Origin: an uncultured Chloroflexia bacterium
GTDB lineage: Bacteria; Chloroflexota; Anaerolineae; JAAYZQ01
Reading direction: 5' to 3'
NCBI GenBank assembly: GCA_963783445.1
Contig: CAWANP010000015.1
Location: forward strand, 216,666 to 280,665
DNA length: 64,000 nucleotides
The notes under the pieces were generated by a model. It was not told the origin of the DNA. It saw only the letters and a program-made list of their open reading frames with translations, and did not search any database. The position numbers were made by a program, and so were the translations under genes. Shown one piece after another: positions 52,441-62,757 of this stretch. Every line of letters begins with the position of its first letter. Within the stretch, counting starts at the first letter, position 1.

Positions 52441-52663
52441 TTTGGGAACCAGCGCATTCGCAGGCGGGAAGCCTCGAACGCCCACCGTTTACATTATAAT
52501 ACAGCCTCACGACGATGTCAAACCGGGGCGCGTGGGCTTTGGGATGGAAACGCTGCGGCCCACAAGCAACCAGACCTCAAGCCTGCCGGCAGCAGATCCG
52601 CACCCTCAGGGTCCCAGGAGTGGCCACCCGAGGCTATCGCCCACCCAGTGAACGTACCACGCC

Positions 52664-53275
52664 TCACGGCTCCAAGTGCTGCCGCCGAATCACAGGCAGA
52701 AAGATCTGCCACTCGCACTCCGGCAAGGCCACCACCGGCCCGTAGAACGTGCTCCTGCTATCGGCGTCCACGGCCTCCAACCAATACGCATAGGGCTGGC
52801 CCGGGGTCACCGTTTCATCCAGCCAGTCGTATTTCGCGCCCGTCAGTGGTCCCTGCGCCTTGGCGGGGATCAGTTTGTCGTTGAGCTGCGTCCGGGGTCC
52901 GACGGGAGTCATGGCCCGGTGGAGGTTGAAGCCGAGCAGGTCCACCTCGCTGGCCGTTTCCCAGCGGACGCGGACGGCGGTCCCCTCCCACACGGCGCTG
53001 AAAGAGGACAGGATGACAACGGTGGGGTCGTCTTCGCCCTGTCCCTGCCAGTAGCCGGTCTGCAGGGTCGCGTTGCCACTGCTCGAAGCTCCGGTGGCGA
53101 ACTGGCCCAGGGTTCCGCCCAGCACAGTGCTGGCGCCGCTGCTGGCCGTCGTTCCCCCGCTGCCCAGGACGCGCAGGCCGAGATCAATGCTGCCGCCGGT
53201 CTGGGCCAGGTAGACCTGGGTCAGGGCCAGCAGGGCGGCCAATACGAGCGCCAGGGTCAATAGTCTCTTGCGCAT
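52664..53275 (-). CDS. Secreted hypothetical protein, paralog 2
   Basis: Signal peptide MRKRLLTLALVLAALLALTQVYLAQ, with the conserved core VRVRWETASEVDLLGF..WLDETV..FYGPVVALP. Confidence 0.6.
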   Translation of the reverse strand: MRKRLLTLALVLAALLALTQVYLAQTGGSIDLGLRVLGSGGTTASSGASTVLGGTLGQFATGASSSGNATLQTGYWQGQGEDDPTVVILSSFSAVWEGTAVRVRWETASEVDLLGFNLHRAMTPVGPRTQLNDKLIPAKAQGPLTGAKYDWLDETVTPGQPYAYWLEAVDADSRSTFYGPVVALPECEWQIFLPVIRRQHLEP

Positions 53276-53372
53276 GTTCGTCTCCCTTGGTCAGTTGCCA
53301 AATGGAGGCAAAGTGGGATACACTGTCCTGAGATGCCGATTCCCTTGAGGGATTCAGGATCATGCCTGACGC

Positions 53373-54461
53373 TCACCGGACTTCCTCTACCTCGAGCACG
53401 GTCGGGCCGTGGCCCAGTGAGCATATGCCGAGGCTCCTCCGTGCCCAGACTTGAATCGTATACTCGTCCGCTGGTAGCGATCTGCAGTAACCCACCACGG
53501 CTATGCTGCGTGTTGAGTAGCCTGACGTGGAGTTGCTGTGAGTATACCAGAGCGGAAACCCAGGGCACGAATTGCCATCGACTCTGATCTCAAGGTCGCA
53601 CCATGAGTCAGGGGTTGTTTGTATTCCCTCCGTGTATGTGATACGCAGATCTGTGTCGGAGTCCAGCTTGTCTACAATCACGGTGCGACCTAGCACCGGG
53701 ACCCAGCTATCATTGTTTACATGGTGAGTCGCCAAGTATCCAGTCATACGCGCAATCGTACGCGGATCGGTCCTCTGCCGAAGATCCGCAAGCTCCCCTT
53801 GCAGTTCATTCATGTCCTCAAAAACGCTGGCGACATCGCCATATAGTGTGGCCACGTCAGCACTGAGGGCGGCTACGTCGGTGCTCTCCGCGTAGTGACT
53901 GGGGCCCTGACAACCCAGGGCGTCGGCGTCGCTGGCCCGCAAGGCATAGGGTACGCTGGCGATGCGCTGGTTGGGCTCCAGGGCATCGTCGCTTTCTACG
54001 GGCGATGTCGTACTGAACCAGACCCGCAGGTAGGTTGCCGTCTCCGCGAAAACGGAGCCGTCGAGGGCGGTCATGCCCTCCAGGCTGGTGTCGCCCAGCA
54101 GGACGTCAAACAGCCCGTCGCTGACGGTCAGCGCCACCTCGTTGCTGCTCCAGTAGGGCGTACCGTCGCCGGTGGACGTATTGGTGACGGAGAACGTGAA
54201 GTAGCCGGTGCCGGTGTAGGGCTGGCCGTTGTCCTTGACCAGGCCCTGGTAGCTGACAATGTCCGGCGGTGGGCCAGCCTCAGGGGCCAATATCTCCTTC
54301 AGATGCGCCGTGACCCCGGGCGTGACTGCGACCAGCAGCACGACGAGGACCAGATTGACGACGACGAGGGACCAGCGCCCGAGCAGGCGCCACCGATTCT
54401 TTCCCATCTCGGACATGAGGGGCATCTCCTTTCGCCCAAGCTGACAGGGCAACTTGGGCAC
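53373..54461 (-). CDS. Signal-anchored hypothetical protein (membrane-anchored, extracytoplasmic domain)
   Basis: N-terminal TM helix WSLVVVNLVLVVLLVAV and a ~300-aa Thr/Ser-rich domain with no recognisable motif. Confidence 0.55.
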   Translation of the reverse strand: MPKLPCQLGRKEMPLMSEMGKNRWRLLGRWSLVVVNLVLVVLLVAVTPGVTAHLKEILAPEAGPPPDIVSYQGLVKDNGQPYTGTGYFTFSVTNTSTGDGTPYWSSNEVALTVSDGLFDVLLGDTSLEGMTALDGSVFAETATYLRVWFSTTSPVESDDALEPNQRIASVPYALRASDADALGCQGPSHYAESTDVAALSADVATLYGDVASVFEDMNELQGELADLRQRTDPRTIARMTGYLATHHVNNDSWVPVLGRTVIVDKLDSDTDLRITYTEGIQTTPDSWCDLEIRVDGNSCPGFPLWYTHSNSTSGYSTRSIAVVGYCRSLPADEYTIQVWARRSLGICSLGHGPTVLEVEEVR

Positions 54462-54834
54462 TGAAACCGGTATTGGGGATCAGGCCGGCTGCTGGCACGC
54501 CCGTGGGCCGGCTGGGGTAGGAGATTGCTGCGGAAGACAACGGTATTGCCTGGAGAGGATCCTTTTGGGAACCGGGGTATTTTCTGGCGAGCAGCCTTGA
54601 ATACCCACGGGTAACATTACAGCATATATCGGTGAAAACGTCAAGCGAGGTTGTGTGGTCCTGGTGGAACTGATGTTTCTCAACGAGGAATCTGCTAGCT
54701 TGGCCAGCGACACAGGGCAAGTTGCCAACTTGCCCTACAAGAGAGGCTTGTTCACCTGGAGGCGATACTTCATTGAGGACTGTGTTCGCGCTGGAACACA
54801 GTCCGCGCGGAGCGGAGGATGGTTACGGTTGGGG

Positions 54835-55635
54835 CTACTGGCTCTGGGCTACCGGGTTGGCCACGACGTAGATGCGCTGGGCAAAAGGCGCGACGTTGCC
54901 GCCAGAACAGGTCACCAGCGTGAGGCGTTCTGGCCCACCGCGATAGAGCAGGTCGCTGTGCTGCTCGAGTTCGGCGGCGTTCTTTCGCCGCCACGGAAGC
55001 CGCTGCACGTAGGATACGCGATAGGCAAAGGTCTGCCCGTCCCGGTCAACGACCTCAACTTCCTGACCTGGTTGCAGCCGGCCCAAGGGCAGAAATACCC
55101 CTGTGCCGGTGTAGCTGTAGTTGTGGCCGACTAGGACGACGTTGCCCTCTCCACCGGGATAGGCTGACCCGCCCCAATGGCCTACGAGATCCGGGCGTCC
55201 ACGCCGGAAGAGTTGATCCACGTCTCGTGTCCAGGTGCCGGTGCGCGGGTTACGGATCTGCTGTAGCTCGACGATGGCCCGATCGACGTCGATAGCAGGG
55301 ATCCGGACGCGGGCTGGCGCGGCGCGGCCGGAAGTCAAATCAAGCCAGGTGGTCTCTTGCACACCAGCCTGAGCGTAGGCTGGCGTGGGGAGGACGGGAG
55401 TAGGGGTTCGGGTCGGCATAATAAGCGTATGGTCCACGATGCCATTGCCCGCCAGGAAGCGGTCCTGCGCGCTGAACCAACCGGTCAGGACAGCAAGGAC
55501 CACGTAGCAGCCGGCCAGAGCAAGGAGCACAATGCCCACGGCGTACAACAGCTTGCCCCTTGCCCGACTGCGCCAGGCGTGTTGGTCCGCTACAGGTTCG
55601 GATGAACCCTGGTCTGGCTCCCATAGTTTTTCCAT
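54835..55635 (-). CDS. Sortase (class E/F-like transpeptidase)
   Basis: N-terminal TM anchor; catalytic His in VLVGHNY; TLxTC motif LTLVTCSGG; conserved Arg downstream. Confidence 0.8.
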   Translation of the reverse strand: MEKLWEPDQGSSEPVADQHAWRSRARGKLLYAVGIVLLALAGCYVVLAVLTGWFSAQDRFLAGNGIVDHTLIMPTRTPTPVLPTPAYAQAGVQETTWLDLTSGRAAPARVRIPAIDVDRAIVELQQIRNPRTGTWTRDVDQLFRRGRPDLVGHWGGSAYPGGEGNVVLVGHNYSYTGTGVFLPLGRLQPGQEVEVVDRDGQTFAYRVSYVQRLPWRRKNAAELEQHSDLLYRGGPERLTLVTCSGGNVAPFAQRIYVVANPVAQSQ

Positions 55636-55918
55636 AGACGCATTATACCCTCAACCAACCCCGGCGTCAATCTGGCGCAGTGACCTGCTCAAAGTTCGTT
55701 GATTCTGCTCGTTCCGGTCAAGATCTGAGAGTAACCACCTGCTCCGGTTGACATACTGTGTACAATGTGGTACACTTGACGGGAAGCTGGGGGCCGCCGC
55801 AGGTACATCCTGAGGTCGGGTTCTCAATGGCATCATGGCCTGGTGAGGGTATGGATCTTTTGGGATGGGGCGTGGTTCAGGCAGTGCGTGGCGCATGCGT
55901 GTGACAGGAGGTGGAGAG

Positions 55919-57601
55919 ATGAAAGGGTCAACTCTGTGGAAGTATCTGGCAGCGGGTCTGGCAATAGCGCTCCCGTTGGGCCTGTTGCTCATGGCCTTGC
56001 CGATAGTGGTTTGGGCGTCTACTCCCGCTTCTCGCCTCTACGAGTCTCTGCCTACCATCCAGGTGGCCAAGTCAGCCAATCCGGCCCAAGTACCCGAGCC
56101 GGGCGGCACGGTGACTTTTCAGGTCAAGGTCAGGAATACGAGTAGCGACGACCTGGCTGTGACCCTGGTGCGCCTTGAGGACAACCTCTATGGTGATCTG
56201 ACCAACTCGGGGAACTCGAACATCTCCAACAGCACCTGCTCTTCGGTCGCCATCCAGGCTGGGGATACCTACCAATGTACCTTTCAGGCCGAGGTGAGTG
56301 GCAGCGGTGGCAGCAGTGTGACGGATACGGTGACGGCCAAGGTCAAAGATGCTGTGGGCAACGCGGCGCAAGCCAGCGCCCAGGCCACGGTCACCATCAC
56401 CGCTGGCGAACCATCCGCGCTTGAGGTCGCCAAAAGCGCCAATCCGACGCAAGTGACCGAGCCTGGTGGTACAGTGACCTTCCAGGTGAAGGTGCGCAAC
56501 AGTGGCGGTGGGCAGGCCTTGACGCTGGTCCGCCTGGAGGACAATCCCTACGGCGACCTGACCAGTGGGGGCAATTCAAACATCTCCAATACTACTTGTT
56601 CCCTGGCTACGATTCAACCCGGGGATACCTACCAGTGTAAATTCGAGGCCGGGGTCACGGGCAGCGGGGGCAGCACGGCGACCGATACGGTGACGGCCAA
56701 GGCCAAGGATGCTGCGGGCAACGCGGTTCAGGCCAGTGCCCAGGCCTCTGTGGACATCATTGCCGGGGAAAAGCTGGGGATCACGGTGGAAAAGAGCGCC
56801 AACCCGTCGCAAGTCACAGAGCCGGGGGGTACCGTGACCTACCAGGTCAAAGTGCGCAACAGCTCAGGCGGGGTGAGCCTGCAACTCGCGCGCTTGGAGG
56901 ATAACCTCTATGGTGATCTCACCAGTGCAGGCAACGCGAGTATCTCCAACAGCACCTGTGGGCTGACCACCATCTCACCCGGGGGCACCTACCAGTGCTC
57001 CTTCCAGGCGGAGGTGACTGGCAGCAATGGCACCAGTGTGACAGATACAGTGACCGCCAAGGCCAAAGATCCTGCGGGCAACGCAGTACAAGCCAGCGAC
57101 CAGGCCACGGTGACCATCGGCGCCCAGCCGAAGCCTGGTATCGGCGTCAAAAAGAAGGCCAACCCTACCTGGGTGCTTGAGCCAGGTGGCACGGTGACTT
57201 TTAAGGTGCAGGTGTCGAACAATAGTCCGGCCGGCTTGCCGGTGACCTTGTCCCAGATGCAGGACAACGTCTACGGCGACCTGACCGACCTGGCAAACCC
57301 CAACATCTCTAATAGCAACTGCCAACTTGCCACGATTCAACCGGGCAATACTTACCAGTGCTCTTTCCAAGGCCAAGTGTCAGGTAATGCGGGAACTACA
57401 GTCACCGACACGGTAAGCGTCATCGCCAAGGACAACTCGGGCAACCAGGTGCAGGTCAGTGCCAAGGCCACCGTCCAAATTCTCAGCGAGCCTCCGGATA
57501 CGGGTGTTCCCTTGCCACCCCCGGTTATCGCCGGTGGTCTCATGGCCCTGGGTGCGGCAGCTCTAGGAGCGGGTGCGCTGGTGAATCGCCGGGCAAGCTG
57601 A
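55919..57601 (+). CDS. Secreted surface protein with four ~115-aa DUF11 repeats and a C-terminal hydrophobic/RR tail
   Basis: Signal peptide. The unit AKSANP.QV.EPGGTVT.QVKVRN...L.LVRLEDN.YGDLT..GN.NISN.TC...TIQ.GDTYQC.F.A.V.GS.G...TDTVTAK.KD is repeated four times. The C-terminus is PPDTGVPLPPPVIAGGLMALGAAALGAGALVNRRAS. Confidence 0.8.
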   Translation: MKGSTLWKYLAAGLAIALPLGLLLMALPIVVWASTPASRLYESLPTIQVAKSANPAQVPEPGGTVTFQVKVRNTSSDDLAVTLVRLEDNLYGDLTNSGNSNISNSTCSSVAIQAGDTYQCTFQAEVSGSGGSSVTDTVTAKVKDAVGNAAQASAQATVTITAGEPSALEVAKSANPTQVTEPGGTVTFQVKVRNSGGGQALTLVRLEDNPYGDLTSGGNSNISNTTCSLATIQPGDTYQCKFEAGVTGSGGSTATDTVTAKAKDAAGNAVQASAQASVDIIAGEKLGITVEKSANPSQVTEPGGTVTYQVKVRNSSGGVSLQLARLEDNLYGDLTSAGNASISNSTCGLTTISPGGTYQCSFQAEVTGSNGTSVTDTVTAKAKDPAGNAVQASDQATVTIGAQPKPGIGVKKKANPTWVLEPGGTVTFKVQVSNNSPAGLPVTLSQMQDNVYGDLTDLANPNISNSNCQLATIQPGNTYQCSFQGQVSGNAGTTVTDTVSVIAKDNSGNQVQVSAKATVQILSEPPDTGVPLPPPVIAGGLMALGAAALGAGALVNRRAS

Positions 57602-57906
57602 GAATCCCTCAGGAGCAAGAGCTATCTCATCGTGGGTCTCGCCCGTTTGCATCTGGGGATGCTCACTCCACGAGGGAAGAGATGGCTTGAATACTGAGGT
57701 GTGGAGCATTCCTTGATGCGGAGAGGTCTTTGCCCGGCGACTGGATCCCTTCCTATCTAAGAATGCTCACTCCGCTGTCGTGGCGGCTGTACTCCCCGCG
57801 GCCCGATGGAGATTCACCAAGTCAAATCGTACAGCGCCCTGTTGCACCTATGGACAGGATGTGGTAGAATGGGGCATCTCATTTGAGGGAGAGGAGTCAT
57901 CGGGTC

Positions 57907-58479
57907 ATGAAGGCTCTAAAAAGCGCAGGTGTTGTACTCATCATCGGGGCGATCCTTTTTGCCATTGGTTCCTTTTCACCAAGCATCGGCGTATTCTGGG
58001 AGTCTGATGCGACCAGCAAGCTGCAGCAGATCGAGGAGGCCAAGGGGCTCTGGCAGATCACCCACCTATTGTGGGCCGTGGGCGCTCTGGTCACCGTCGT
58101 CGGGCTGGGCCTGGTGACCTACCATCTCCGCAAGTCGCACGTCGCCGTGCTGGCCTTCCTCGGCTTTGTCGCCGTGGCCCTGGGCGCTGCCATCGGCGCC
58201 TGGCAGTTCTACCTGCGGGCGACAGATCCCGCAGCCTTTGTCCAAGGCGCGCTGGCCGGCTGGCACTATGGCGTCTTCACCGTACTGACCTTGCTTGGCC
58301 TGGCGATCTATGGCTTTGTGTACCTCCGTTCGGGGCTTCCCCGCTGGCTCGGCTATGTCACCATTGGCGGCGCGGCGCTGGCCTTCATCGGCTTTGTTGT
58401 CCTTCAAGACCGCTGGCCACCCCTCAGCTACTACATCCTCACGTTGTTGGCGGGTGTGGTTCTAGTCCGTCTCGACTGA
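57907..58479 (+). CDS. Hypothetical polytopic membrane protein
   Basis: Five hydrophobic helices, 190 aa. Confidence 0.5.
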   Translation: MKALKSAGVVLIIGAILFAIGSFSPSIGVFWESDATSKLQQIEEAKGLWQITHLLWAVGALVTVVGLGLVTYHLRKSHVAVLAFLGFVAVALGAAIGAWQFYLRATDPAAFVQGALAGWHYGVFTVLTLLGLAIYGFVYLRSGLPRWLGYVTIGGAALAFIGFVVLQDRWPPLSYYILTLLAGVVLVRLD

Positions 58480-58881
58480 GCACACGCAAAAGGGCGTGAT
58501 GGCGCCTGTTTGGCGCCGTCCGGCCTGGCAGACCCGGGAACCGAAGCGGCGCGTCTGCATGCTTGGTCCTCCATAGAGTTATCTTCTGGCAAACACTGGC
58601 CAGGTCGCCGATCGAAAGGCTGGCGACTTGGCCAATTCGATCCAGGAACCTTCGAGGTCCGGTTGGACCGGCCCTTCCTCTTTCTCATCCGCGACATTCA
58701 GACCGGGACCATTCTCTCCCTCGGCCGTGTCCTGGATCCCAGCCACGCTTGAGTGCCGAGAACAAGGGGAGCACTTGATCCTCAGCCTGGGAAATAGTCC
58801 ATCTGGCCTACCCGAAATGGGCCATCTGTCCAGTCAAAGATTGTCCATCTGGCCGATACGTTTTCGCAACTGTGGCGTATA

Positions 58882-59793
58882 ATGAGTCAAGACAGTACAA
58901 TCGGACGTGGAGGTAAAGAGATGGAATCTAAGAATCGAGGCATCTGGCTCATCGTGGCTGTGATCGTCGTCCTTGCCTGCTGCTGCCTGCTGGCTTGTTC
59001 GGCGGTAGGCGTGGGCCTGCTTGCATGGCCGTCGCTGCAGCGGGTTTCAGACCAGCTACCAGTAGGAGACACGGAGGGCGGTCCTCATACGCAGCGCATC
59101 AACGAGAGCTTTGATGTTGGGGGTGAGCCCACCTTGCGGATCGACGGCTTTGCCGGAGGGGTCACGGTTCGCGGTGACGAGGTGGAGGCGATCCAGGTCG
59201 TCGCCAAGAAAAAGGCCCGGCGCCGGAGCGATCTGGACCGGATCGAGATCAGCATGGTTGAGCACGACGGCAGTCTGGAGATCAAGACCAGGAACCCATC
59301 CCGCGCCAACAACGCCTCTGTCTCGTTTGAGATCACGGTACCGGCTGCCACTCATCTGGAGGTGGATTTGGCAGCGGGGAGTGTCGTTGTGGAAGGCCTG
59401 ACTGGGGGTGTGCGGCTGGACAACGCGGCTGGGGCAATCGTACTCAAGGACGTCAGCGGTGGGATCGGCGCCCGTACCGCCGCAGGGACTGTTAGCGCCC
59501 ACGGGGCGACCGGCCCGGTGAGCCTGGAGTCTGCCGCCGGCGTCATCGAATACCAGGGAACGCCCCAGGGCGACTGCCACTTTGGCGCGGCTGTCGGCAG
59601 CATCTCCCTCGACCTGCCCGCCGATCCGGACGTGGCCGTCGATCTCCAGGCCACCATCGGCGCCGTCGACGCGGCCTGTGACGTGGAGGGACTGACTACA
59701 GGGCGAAAGCTCAGCGGCATCATCGGTACCGGCGCCCAGGGTACTGTCACAGCGCGCGCGACCGTGGGAGACATTGATATGGTCTGCCGGTAG
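58882..59793 (+). CDS. DUF4097-like putative adhesin / beta-helix repeat protein with an N-terminal TM anchor
   Basis: TM helix WLIVAVIVVLACCCLLA, then repetitive G.V.V-type beta-strand repeats typical of DUF4097. Confidence 0.6.
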   Translation: MSQDSTIGRGGKEMESKNRGIWLIVAVIVVLACCCLLACSAVGVGLLAWPSLQRVSDQLPVGDTEGGPHTQRINESFDVGGEPTLRIDGFAGGVTVRGDEVEAIQVVAKKKARRRSDLDRIEISMVEHDGSLEIKTRNPSRANNASVSFEITVPAATHLEVDLAAGSVVVEGLTGGVRLDNAAGAIVLKDVSGGIGARTAAGTVSAHGATGPVSLESAAGVIEYQGTPQGDCHFGAAVGSISLDLPADPDVAVDLQATIGAVDAACDVEGLTTGRKLSGIIGTGAQGTVTARATVGDIDMVCR

Positions 59794-59900
59794 GGAAAGA
59801 GGGGGGACGACGGACGGCAGACGACGGACGAAAGACGCAACACGAATTTCGCAACACGCAACACGTGGTACGAGTCACGAACGACCAAGGAGGAGTCAAG

Positions 59901-60304
59901 TGAATCAATTGAATGAACACGAGATGAAACTGCACGTGACTATCATCGGCTGGCTGAATATCGTCTCCAATGCCATGCTATTGGGGGTGGGGTTGTGTGG
60001 CTGCCTGTTCTTTGCAGGCATCGGTATCTTTGCCGCCGCCGATAGCGGCGACGCGGTCGCCCTGGGCATCTTGGGTACCATCGGTGCGGTAGCCCTGCTG
60101 TTCTTTGCGGTGCTGGCCTTGCCAGGCATGCTGGCAGGCTACGGCCTTCTGAGGCGCAAGAAATGGGGGCAGATCCTGGGCATCGTCGTCGGTATTCTGA
60201 GCCTGATCAACTTTCCAATCGGGACCGCCATCGGCGCCTACACGCTGTTCGTCCTTTTTCAGGATGCGGCGACCGACTACTTTGCAGGTGCGGAAGCGGG
60301 CTAG
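59901..60304 (+). CDS. Small membrane protein
   Basis: Three TM helices; GTG or internal ATG start. Confidence 0.4.
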
Positions 60305-60516
60305 TTCGCTCGGGCGCATCGCTCCTACCAGGTGCGTTGCGCCTCGGATATTTGGGCTTCGCTGCCAGGACCAGGTCTGGGCAGCCACAGCGGTGGTCTT
60401 TCCCACAGGCGGTCTCGGCGCCAGGGCCGCAGGTCACGGATCGGCAAGCAGATAGTGAGCCTTGACAGGATGCTGAGTCCTGACGAGCGCAGCGCCTACA
60501 GGTCTGGGAGGGTACC

Positions 60517-61400
60517 ATGGACAGAATGCGGCTCATACCGGTCATCCTGGCCGTCCTCTTGGGCCTGACCGCGTGCCGAGAGGCACGAGGCCCCGCCCCG
60601 GCGCCGATTGCGACTGTCGAACTTGCAGAGATCCATCTCGTCCTGTATGTAGACAGAGACTTGGGCATCAGAGGTGTCATACCTGATGGTTGGTTCGAGA
60701 CCATGCCTGGCCTCTTTCCCGGCATGTACCTGGCGAGCCCTCCAGAGACCCGTCCCGGGACGGTACTCATCCAACCGCTGGAGGCAGGCGCCACGTTTGA
60801 CCAGGCGGCCGAGGAGTGGGCACCCCGGCTGGGCCTGGAGGAAGAGCCAAAACTCACCGGCAGCCGGGAGTCGGGAGTCGGCTAGTCTGGCTTGGGTTCT
60901 GTACACGTTCAGCAGCGTGGATCCCAATCTGGGGCCCAGAAAGGCCGACATCGCCGTGGCTGAAGGTGACGATGGCGTCTACCTGGTCATCATGGTCACT
61001 GCAGAGGACGAGTACCTGGCTTTGCATGACGCCCTGTTCCTGCCCGCTGTAGACGCCCTGAAGCCAGCCGTTGATGTGGAATCCCGGTATGCGGACTATG
61101 TGGACTGGCCCATCGTCGCCAGCATTGGGGAGGTAGGCAGCGACGCGCACGAGACGATCGACTTTCGACTGGATGCCTGTACCCGCCTGCGCCTGTATAC
61201 CATTGGACAGGGCGATCGGACAGGCATGGTAGACCTTGCCTTCGTCGAGGACGCGGCAAAGGGTCAGGTTCGTCTGGCGGATGCGCTACGCCGATACCGA
61301 GTCCGCCGGCTACCACCTGAACCGCCGTGTGGACCGCGTCCTGACACTGCCGGCCGGCGACTATCGCCTGCATTTCTTGACGGACGGCTCCCATGACTAT
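60517..61400 (+). CDS. Lipoprotein of unknown function (about two frameshifts)
   Basis: Lipobox LGLTAC. The protein continues in the ORFs 60674..61396 and 61236..61583. Confidence 0.4.
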
Positions 61401-61405
61401 GACGA

Positions 61406-61900
61406 ATGGGGCGCCTGCCCGGGCACCGCTTTTGGGGCGTCACCCCGTGGCAGGACCGGACGGCTGGAACAGAGCCTGCCGCGTGCTGGCCGCGGGTGGG
61501 CAGGCCCGAAGACCTGGGTTGGTCTTCCGCTGGCCTGGATGAGCTCAGCGGTGTACTGGAGGGGAGTGAGGTCGCGGCGCTGATGGTCGTAACCAAGGGC
61601 TATCTTGTCTTTGAGTGGGGCAACACGGCCAACAACTTGAGCGCACATTCGATCCGCAAGAGTCTGCTGAGCGCGCTCTATGGTGTCTACGTCGGCGAAG
61701 GGGTGATCGAAGCTAAAGAGGCTGGCCGAAATGTGGTGGGTCGCCGAGGAGAGCCTGGCCGGCATCAAGAAAGGGCCCTACGCCGCCAGTGGCTGGGGCG
61801 GCCATACGCTGGAGGTCTTGCCCCTCCTGAATACGGTTGTCGTCATCCGCTACGACACTGACGACCCCGCTTTCACCGGGGACTATGCAGGTGCCTCATT
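61406..61900 (+). pseudogene. Remnant of a beta-lactamase-family serine hydrolase (N-terminal SxxK region plus C-terminal end; the middle ~200 aa are absent)
   Basis: LDELSGVLEGSEVAALMVVTKGYLVFEWGNTANNLSAHSIRKSL (SxxK) joins, in another frame, to ...KKGPYAASGWGGHTLEVLPLLNTVVVIRYD. Confidence 0.4.
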
Positions 61901-62188
61901 AGACCGGTGAGATTGCTGCGACGAGCCGGGCAGTACCCACTGCCTTATCCCTCAAAGATGTGGACGAGGTCGTCGACCAAAGCACGGGAACTTGCCTGGT
62001 GGCTCTAGCTCCAGGTTCCCGGAATGAGTCGACGGCAACGATGACCAGTTGCGCATGGACCACAGTCCACGCCCCGCAGCCAAGCGCTGGACTCTTGGCC
62101 AAACCTGTGCTATAGTCTATGAGAACCCAGCCGGTACTCTGGCCAGTCTGCGTCCCAACGACGCTTGCGGTGGAGAAAGGTGGTCAAG

Positions 62189-62620
62189 ATGAAGCGCATT
62201 GTTGCCCTGTGGGGAAGCAAGCGATGGCGGACGACGATCATCTATATAATCATCGGCGCGGTCGCCCTGATCGCGGCCTTTCTGGTAGGCGTGGCCGACA
62301 ACCTTCCGGGGCTGGCCCTGGTCTACGTGGCCGTCACCGCCTTCATGCTGGCCCTGGTGCACACCTGGCGCAGTGTCAAGAGGTTCCTCGATCCTCCTCG
62401 GGGCGTCGCTGCTGGGCTTCCCGCTCGCCGTGGTACTGCACAATCTGTTCTATGCCCTGGCCGAGTTGGCTTCTGATTTCGTGGGGCTGGTGCAGTTCCT
62501 GGGCTTGCTGGAAGTGCTGTTCTTCCTGGTGGCGGTGGTCATCTGCCCGCCGGGCGCCCTAGTCGGGGCGGTGGGCGCCGCGGTCATGGCCATCTCTCCG
62601 CGCCAGGCACAAACGGGGCC
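62189..62620 (+). CDS. Hypothetical membrane protein (frameshift near 62380)
   Basis: Hydrophobic helices in the ORFs 62165..62476 and 62373..62801. Confidence 0.35.
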
Positions 62621-62757
62621 CGGATGGGATGTCCTTGTAGCGAGGCGTACCAGGCTTCCGAAGTCGCGAACCCTCCGACTGCGCTCAGGGCAGGCCTGTG
62701 GTGCGTCCGAGACTTCGGAGGTGTATGACTATGGCTATGACAGAGTGGGAGTAGCCC

